Below, piece after piece: positions 1-6,573 of a stretch of DNA of 15,448 bases. Every line of letters begins with the position of its first letter. Position 1 is the stretch's first letter. Below the pieces are notes generated by a model. That model saw only the letters and a program-made list of their open reading frames with translations. It was not told the DNA's origin and did no database searches. The position numbers and the translations under genes were made by a program. This stretch comes from Prasinococcaceae sp. CCMP 1430 (taxonomy: Eukaryota > Plantae > Prasinodermophyta). The stretch is taken from the NCBI GenBank assembly GCA_013416795.1, contig RQSC01000071.1, forward strand, positions 11,056 through 26,503, given 5' to 3'.

Positions 1-63
1 CGCGGCTCGGCCGCGTCGCGCCGAGGCTCGGCGGCGGCCGCCGCCGCCGAGGCGGCGACAGCG

Positions 64-954
64 ATGGCGCGGAAGCACCCCAAGAAGGTCAAGCAGCTGC
101 AGGTGGCCGCCAAGTTCGAGCGCAAGAAGGCCGCCGGCAACAAGCAGTGCCCCTCGTGCCTCACGTACGACACGCCCATGTGGCGCCGCGCCGAGTGGCC
201 GTACGGCAGCGGCAGGCGCATCCTCTTCTGCAACCTCTGCGGCCTTCGCTGCAAGAAGATGACGCTCGAGCCGCCGCAGCTGGCCAACTTGGCGCTGCTC
301 GAGGTGACCGCCGATCCCGGCGGCAAAGCCGCCAGCACGCCGAGCACGTCAGGTGGCGCGCAGGCCCGGCAGGAGGCGCAGGCGCCGGTCGAGCCCAAGC
401 CGATGGCCCCGCTCGTGCAGCAGTCCAGCTGCAGCAGCGGCGCGCTCGTGGCCGCCGTCGAGGCGGACACGCAGGCCGCGGCGGCGCCCGCGCAGGACGC
501 CGACGCTGACGAAACACTCTCGGTGGCCAACCACGTGCACCTGCCGGCCTCAGGAGTCGATCAGCCGCGCCCGCGTCTGCAGCTGCAGCTGCAGCTACTG
601 CCCCCGGCCGCGCCGGCGGCGCCCGCCAGGAGCCCGTCGCCGCTGTCGGCCGTGACGGCCGCCGAGTCGGAGGTCGGGTGCTGCGCGGCGTCGCAGGGCG
701 CGGCGACGCCCAACGCCGTCAGCGCCGGCAGCGACGTCGCGCCGCCGGCCAAAGCTGCCGCCAAGGCGGCCAGCGAGGTCGACCAGTGCATGCCCTTCCC
801 CAGCAGCAGCACGGTGAGCAAGCGGAGAAGCGTGACGCGCAAGCGGAAGCGCTCGGTGGAGAGCGCCGACATGGCGCCTGGCACACCCGTGCGCGCACCG
901 CGCGTCAGCGTCTCCGGCCGGCCGCGCCGCACGTGCAAGAGCACCTACGGCTGA
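64..954 (+). CDS. GATA-type zinc-finger protein (putative transcription factor), 296 aa; may extend 5' beyond the window
   Basis: CPSC-LTYDTPMWRR...-CNLCGLRCKK (148-240) matches the GATA finger pattern C-x2-C...TP.WRR...CN.CGL. Basic NLS-like KRRSVTRKRKR near the C-terminus. Codons almost all end in G/C. The frame is open from base 1 to the ATG at 64. Confidence 0.8.
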   Translation: MARKHPKKVKQLQVAAKFERKKAAGNKQCPSCLTYDTPMWRRAEWPYGSGRRILFCNLCGLRCKKMTLEPPQLANLALLEVTADPGGKAASTPSTSGGAQARQEAQAPVEPKPMAPLVQQSSCSSGALVAAVEADTQAAAAPAQDADADETLSVANHVHLPASGVDQPRPRLQLQLQLLPPAAPAAPARSPSPLSAVTAAESEVGCCAASQGAATPNAVSAGSDVAPPAKAAAKAASEVDQCMPFPSSSTVSKRRSVTRKRKRSVESADMAPGTPVRAPRVSVSGRPRRTCKSTYG

Positions 955-1032
955 GCGCCCGCCGACCACCCTACGCTCCGTGGAGCTCTCTCGTTGTACC
1001 ATCCTCTACAGTACGCATGTACTTTCCCCCCT

Positions 1033-1059
1033 CAACAACAACAACAGCAGCAACAACAC
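1033..1059 (+). repeat. Short imperfect (CAA/CAG)n microsatellite downstream of the GATA stop
   Basis: caacaacaacaacagcagcaacaacac read directly from the sequence. Confidence 0.7.
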
Positions 1060-1505
1060 CAGGGTACCATACATGTATAAGGCCGACTGGGGGCCTCTTA
1101 CTGCCTACACTATATCCACGTGTCTGAACGGCATGGTGGACAATCAATGCACCTATCTTTCGTCCTTTTTCTCACACAACCAGGGTGGTTCGTCGTCGCC
1201 ATCGTCGGGGGGGGCGCGCGTGTACGCGCAGACCCGCCGCACAATTAGCCTTCGGCCGAGCACAAGACCCCGCCCCGCCCCCCCACCCAGCGTCGGAGGC
1301 ACGCAACACCGTGATCCGGCAGGTAGGGGGGGGGCGGCGTGATCGGGGCGCGCGAGGGACAGGGCGGCGCGGCGCTCCGCGCAGGCCCATCCCCACACAC
1401 CCTCGGCTCGTAGACGTACTGTCTTTTTCCTCCCCCGGCGTGCCTGCGCGCCCGCGCGCGCCCCGCGCGGCTCGACGCGCGTGGCGCCCTCCCCTCTCCC
1501 CCCAG

Positions 1506-3102
1506 CGCCGCCGCCGCCGCCGGCGCGGCGGGCGGCGGGGGCGTCCCCGTGGTGCGGCTGCACAACGCGGCCTTCCTGCTGAAGCACCCGTCGCTCGACG
1601 TGGTGTACGCCTCCACCGAGCGCATCGACCGCGAGGGCTCGGTGGTGGCCATGCGCATGGACGCCGAGAGCGGCGCGCTCACGCTGCTCAACAGCGTGGC
1701 GGCGCGCGGGCGCTCCACGTGCTACCTCAACCTCGACGCGGCGCGGGGCGTGCTCAACGCCGTCAATTACTGGGACGCGCGCCTCGCCGCGCTCGGCGTC
1801 GACGCGGCCACCGGCGCGCTCGAGGAGAACGCGCCGCGCTGCGTGCTGCAGCAGAAGCGCGGCGAGTACGCCGACGCGGCGCGCCCGGGGCGCGAGGAGC
1901 ACTGGGCGTACCGCCAGCGCTGGGCGCACACGCACTGCGCGGTGACGGAGCCCTACACGGGCCTGCCCAACCTCTTCGTGTGCGACCTCGGCGAGGACCA
2001 GGTGCTCCACTTCGTGCAGGGCGCGCGCGGCGGCCTCGCGCGCGTCGGCCACGCGCAGCTGCCGCGGGGCGTCGGCCCGCGCCACCTGGTGTTCCACCCG
2101 AGCCTGCGCGTCGCGTACGTGGTCAACGAGCTCGACTCGAGCGTGAGCGTGCTCGACGTGAGCGAGAGCGCGCTGCGCAGGGCGGCGGCCGCCGCCGCGG
2201 ACGTCGCGGACGCCGCCTGCGCGGACGGGGCCGGCGCGGAGGGGCAGGTCGTGGTGCTCGACTCGGACGAGAGCGACGGGGGCAGCAGCGGCAGCGAGGC
2301 GGGCGGCGCGGACGCGCCGGGTGGGGAGGCCGCGTGCGCGCTGTCGATCGCGCAAACGCTGAGCACGCTGCCCCCGGAGTGGCAGGGGCGCAGCTGCATC
2401 AAGAACGGCGTGTGGAAGGCCGCCAGCCACTGCTCGGAGATCAAGGTGCACCCGTCGGGGCGCTTCGTGTTCGTCGCCAACCGCGGCCACGACAGCCTGG
2501 CTGTCTTCGCGGTCGACCCCGGCACGGGCGGGCTGTCGCCGCCGGTGTTCACGCCGAGCGGAGGGGCGACGCCGCGCAACTTCTCGTTCTGCTGCGGCGG
2601 GCGCTTCGTCGTCGTTGGCAACCAGGACTCGAACTGCCTGTGCCTCTTCGAGGTGGACGAGCGCACCGGCGCGCTGGAGCTCGCGCACTCCATCGACTGC
2701 CCGTCGCCCAACTACGTGTACGCGGTGCCGCGCGCGAAGAGCGCTGACGCCAGGGCCGCGGCCGCCGCCGGCGCCGGCGAGCGCGCGGCGCTCGAGGAAG
2801 AGAGCTTCGAGTGCGGCGTCACGCTGCGCCGTGGGCTGAGCGAGGAGGAGGTCAAGCGCATCGAGGCGGACTGGACGGGCTGGTCGTATTCGACGCTCAG
2901 CGTGCTCGACCCGAAGACGTTCCCGTGGACGTACGGCGAGACCGAACAGTGCTACGTGACCAAGGGCGGCGCGAAGGTGACGCCCGACGGGTCGGACGAG
3001 GTCATTGTGCTCGAGGAGGGAGTGCTGGCAACTTTTCCCAAGGGCATGAGCTGCACGTGGGAGGTGCCCGACAGGATCGAGAAGAAGTTCATCTTTGAGT
3101 GA
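1506..3102 (+). CDS. Lactonase (6-phosphogluconolactonase/Pgl-CMLE-type 7-bladed beta-propeller) fused to a C-terminal cupin_3 (DUF861-like) domain; 5' end unresolved
   Basis: Lactonase motifs: HPSLDVVYASTE, GALTLLNS, HTHC, GPRHLVFHP, YVVNEL, EIKVHPSGRFVFVANRGHDS, PRNF. Cupin_3 motifs: FPWTYGETEQCY...VTPDG...FPKGMSCTWEV...KKFIFE*. Near-total GC3. No in-frame ATG between the stop at 1411-1413 and the conserved region. A pyrimidine tract ending in CAG at 1503-1505 is a plausible acceptor. Confidence 0.85.
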
Positions 3103-3230
3103 CGCGCCGGAGCGCCCCCAAGCGAACCAGATCGTGCGACGGGAGAGGGCGAGCGAGCGAGCCAGCGCATCGAGCGCGCTTGCGGTAACCCAGTCACGCT
3201 ATTACTCAAAAGGGGCGACCGCGCGCCGTC

Positions 3231-5096
3231 CTAGTCTATGAGGATTTCCGCGCCGTCGAGCGAGCGCTGCTGCTTGGAGGCCTTGGCTGTGGCCGAGCCG
3301 CCGACCGCGGACTCGTCCTCTCGCGCGCGCTTGCGCGCGCCGCCGCCGGCAACAGCGGCGGCGGGCCCGTCCTCCATGATGATCATGTCGTCGTCATCGC
3401 TCTCATCGACAGCGTCCCCATTCGCCACTTCGCCGCTCGCCGAGCCGCCGTTGGCGCCGGCGCCGTTGGCCTCAGGCACATGCCCCTTCAGGATGAAGCC
3501 ATCCGGATGCTTCTCCTCGTCCCAGTCGCCCTGATGTGTGACCACGAGGTTCAGAGTGACATCCTGCTGGTCATCTATGACGGAGAGCACCTCGCCGTCG
3601 CCCACCCCCCCGCCGGGCAGCTTCGACAGCGTCGTCGCGAGGTTCCGCTCGTATGCCGCGATCTCGTCGTCCTCGAGACCATCGTACGGCTCGTAGAACA
3701 CGCTGGCATTCGTTTGGACGCTCGGGTCGTTGAAGCCCATGCGCTTGCGCACGACCGCCTCCAGCAGCGTGCGCAGCGTAGTCCTCGTCGTGTCGATGGT
3801 CAGCTGAAGCTGTCCACCACCGCAGACGAAGCACCCCGGGCGCTGCGGGGGAGGGAGCGTCGGCATGATGATGGTCGTTCTGCCGGCGGCCTTCGAGGGG
3901 AACTCGCGCACGTAGGTCCACTTGAGCTTGTTGTGGTGACCACAGATGATCTTGATGGCTTCCAACGTGAGAAGGCCGCTCACCACGGCGTTGGTGGTGG
4001 CCACGGCGTGCACGATGTTGCCTGCGATGCCCTTGATATCGAACTTGCTCTGCTGTTCGATGCCGAAGCACGCCATGCGCAGATTTGCAGCGGATGCCAC
4101 GAAGTCGACCATCACGTCCTGCTCCTTGTCGAAGGCCAGCTCGCCGACCTCGGCGCGCATATCGGCCAGGGCCATGCACGAGGCGATGAAGACCCCCACG
4201 GACTCGTCTGTCGACAGCACCGAGTGCGCGTTGTTCTTGCCGAGCGCAGGCGGCTCGCCAGCCGCCGCAGCCTCGTCCATCGGCGTCGGGGCCTTGCGGC
4301 CGGCCTTTTTCCACAGGTCCTCCATCGCCACGAGGCGGCGCACGTCCGCAGAATACACGCGCGCGAAGATTCGCCTGCTGTAATCGAGCGCGCTCTCGCT
4401 CTCGGCGCGCAAGAAGAATGAGGCATCCTGAGCTTGGCCTTCGGGAGCCGCATTGCCGTCCGCGTCGCCCTGAGCGCCCTCCTCCTCGTCGAGCTCAGAC
4501 TGCTGGTTGGCCGCGCCGAAGAGCCGCGCGAAGAGCATCTCCTTGGCCCACACCACGCAGTGCACCGGCTTGTCCGGCGTGTTTCGGATGGTGCACACAG
4601 GGTACGTCTTCGGCGCCGGCTTCGGCTGGCACTCGAAGCACTCGCTCTCGCCGCGCTTGTGCGTCGTCACCTGGCCGAGGAAGCCGTTCGTGCCCGACTC
4701 GACCAGGGGAACCTCCGCCGCGAGGCACAGCCTGTTCACGTGTCTGCGCGCCTCCATGTTGTCGAGCCCGTTGAGAACCACATCGAAGCCCCTGACGAAA
4801 GACGCACCGAAGCGCTCCTCCTTGACGTTGCCGTGATGCGCCACGATCTTCGCGTTCGGGCGCATCGCGAGCGCCGCCTCGCGCGCGACAGTTGCCTTCG
4901 ACATGCCTACATGGTGGCGGCGGAAGAGGAATTGGCGGTTGAGGTTGGACGTCTCAATGGTGTCCAGATCAATCAGCTGGATGTCCTCGAAGCCCGTCAT
5001 CACCAGCGTCTTCAACAGCTCGCAGCCGATGCCGCCCGCCCCGACCATCAGCACGCGCGCCTTGGTGATCGCCGCGAGCTCCTCCGGCGTCGACAT
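3231..5096 (-). CDS. UBA2: SUMO-activating enzyme E1 subunit 2 (UBA2/SAE2), 621 aa, intronless
   Basis: Starts MSTPEELAAITKARVLMVGAGGIGCELLK (ATG at 5096). Contains DLDTIETSNLNRQFLFR, Zn-binding CFEC and CFVC, catalytic-Cys motif TYPVCTIRNTP, GIAGNIVHAVATTNA, a ubiquitin-fold region, and an acidic tail with basic RKRAR. Confidence 0.96.
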   Translation of the reverse strand: MSTPEELAAITKARVLMVGAGGIGCELLKTLVMTGFEDIQLIDLDTIETSNLNRQFLFRRHHVGMSKATVAREAALAMRPNAKIVAHHGNVKEERFGASFVRGFDVVLNGLDNMEARRHVNRLCLAAEVPLVESGTNGFLGQVTTHKRGESECFECQPKPAPKTYPVCTIRNTPDKPVHCVVWAKEMLFARLFGAANQQSELDEEEGAQGDADGNAAPEGQAQDASFFLRAESESALDYSRRIFARVYSADVRRLVAMEDLWKKAGRKAPTPMDEAAAAGEPPALGKNNAHSVLSTDESVGVFIASCMALADMRAEVGELAFDKEQDVMVDFVASAANLRMACFGIEQQSKFDIKGIAGNIVHAVATTNAVVSGLLTLEAIKIICGHHNKLKWTYVREFPSKAAGRTTIIMPTLPPPQRPGCFVCGGGQLQLTIDTTRTTLRTLLEAVVRKRMGFNDPSVQTNASVFYEPYDGLEDDEIAAYERNLATTLSKLPGGGVGDGEVLSVIDDQQDVTLNLVVTHQGDWDEEKHPDGFILKGHVPEANGAGANGGSASGEVANGDAVDESDDDDMIIMEDGPAAAVAGGGARKRAREDESAVGGSATAKASKQQRSLDGAEILID

Positions 5097-5191
5097 CCCG
5101 ACGGCAGCAACCCCCAAGAACTTCGTCCCTCCCTCCCTCGTTCCCTCCCTCCCTCCCCCNCTCGGCGCGCCACGCGCTGCAGCCGGCGCAC
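5097..5191. promoter_or_regulatory. 95-bp spacer and putative bidirectional promoter between UBA2 and the aspartic protease, with (CCCT)n blocks
   Basis: Divergent ATGs at 5096 (-) and 5192 (+). (CCCT)3 at 5127-5138 and 5143-5154. One ambiguous base (N) at 5160. Confidence 0.65.
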
Positions 5192-6304
5192 ATGGCAAAC
5201 ATGAAGACGTTCGCCGAGCTCCGCGCGGAGGGCCGCCGCACCCGCGGCGGCGGCCGCAAGAGCGGCGGCCGCAGGGGCAGCGGCCGCGGCCAGGGGGGCG
5301 GCGGTGGTCGCGGAGGCGGTGGTCGCGGGCGGGGCAAGCCCAGGGACCCGGCGCTGCCATTCGCAGGGTGCGGCCCGGCGCGGACGCTCGAGGCCCCGAT
5401 TGCATCTGCGATGCGCAGCGACGCAGGCGGCAGGGCGGCGGCAGCGGCGCGCCATGCCGCATTCGTTGCCGCGCAGCAGGACAAACTTGAGCGGGAGGCC
5501 GCGGCCGCGGTAGCGCGCAGGCCAGGCGCGGCGAGCGCGCCCATTCATATATCCGACTCCGACGGCGACGCTGACGACGCGGAGGTGGCACAGGGCATGC
5601 CTGCGGCGAAGCGCCAAAAACGAGCGAATCATCCGGCCGGTGGCCGAGCTTCTGGCGCTGGGCCGGACGTCGACGCGCGGCATCAGAAGCGTCCGCGAGC
5701 GGCCGCGTCGCCTGCGGCGACGCACAAGCCCACAACCTCGGCGGCAGAATATAATCCTTGGGGCGCATCGGGTTACGTCCCCGACAACCCCGACGTGCGC
5801 GACCTGCAGCTGTTCACAGACGAATGGTGTGACGTCTCGCTGTCTCCGGGCGAGCCATCGCTGAAGCTGCGGGCGTGCTTGGACACAGGAAATGGCGGCC
5901 CAACAGTGATATCGCGTGGCGCTGCACAGCGTCTGGGAATGCTCTCTGACGAGCCTCTCGGCTTCGTGACCATGCGAGGTGCGAACAGCTGCGCTCTCCA
6001 CTCCACTTAGGCTGATGGCGTGCGCCCCCCCTCCTCGCTCCCATTGCGCTTCGGCGCGGGAACTCCCGACCCTCTCCCCTCGCGACCGTGCTGACCCCCC
6101 GCCCGCCTCCCTCGGCGCGACACAGGCGTCGTCGAGGGCGCATCTGAGAGGTCAGCTTTGTACATGTTGACGTACACGCTGAAAGGGAAAAGTATCACCC
6201 GCAAGGCTTGCGTGGGCGGCAACGCAATGGGCTGCGAACTCCTCATCTCGCGCCGTGACATCCAGGACTTCGAGGCTGATGGGTACCGCCTCTCTGCCAA
6301 GTAG
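5192..6304 (+). CDS. Retropepsin-like aspartic protease with RGG-rich, SIM-like and NLS-bearing N-terminus; join(5192..5978,6126..6304), 321 aa
   Basis: LKLRACLDTGNGGPTVISRGAAQRLG has the catalytic DTG (5882-5890) in the LDTG..T.IS...A.RLG context of retropepsin-like families. Splicing AG|GTGCGA...GCTGAC...CAG|GC restores the frame: MRGVVEGASERSALYMLTYTLKGKSITRKACVGGNAMGCELLISRRDIQDFEADGYRLSAK*. Alternative start at the second ATG (5201). Confidence 0.75.
5979..6125 (+). other. Spliceosomal intron (147 bp) in the protease gene
   Basis: GTGCGA donor, GCTGAC branch point at 6090-6095, CAG acceptor. Removal bypasses the stop at 6008-6010 and completes the protease fold. Confidence 0.8.
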
Positions 6305-6386
6305 GTGGTCGCACAGCAGGAGCGACAGCAAGCGCTTGAGGCCGCCGGGCGAGGACGTGTGCGAATCTGAGCACTTTCCCATGTAC

Positions 6387-6391
6387 TGTAA
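6387..6391 (+). promoter_or_regulatory. Candidate TGTAA polyadenylation signal of the protease gene
   Basis: TGTAA about 80 nt after the stop in an AT-rich patch. UGUAA is the established chlorophyte poly(A) signal. Position is consistent but unverified. Confidence 0.45.
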
Positions 6392-6573
6392 TATTGTGAT
6401 AGTGTACACGCTCCGCCGCGCAGCCGCCGGGCACCATACTGCGCACGTCGCCGCCAGCGAGCCGCGACACTCGCGGGTGTCTTCCAGCCGCGTGCATCGG
6501 GCTGTGCCTTCGCCGCACGCGCGGCGCGTGGCGCTCCGTGCCCCTAGCCGGCCCTCGCTTGCTCCAGCACACG

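Noticed and set aside
927-951. AT-hook at the GATA C-terminus (SGRPRR just upstream)
   Set aside because: It lacks the full RGRP core and may be just part of a basic tail.
1153-2747. Long overlapping ORFs 1153..2688 (-) and 1185..2747 (+)
   Set aside because: Antisense and frame-shifted shadows of the very high-GC3 lactonase gene; Arg/Ala/Pro-rich with no recognisable motifs.
5097-5768. 224-aa N-terminal extension of UBA2 suggested by the 845-aa ORF
   Set aside because: UBA2 similarity begins at Met 5096. The extension crosses an N and is the antisense of the protease's 5' coding region.
5192-6304. Protease as part of an LTR retrotransposon
   Set aside because: No gag, reverse transcriptase, integrase, LTR or primer-binding site is visible, and the gene has a spliceosomal intron. 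Ancient domestication remains possible.
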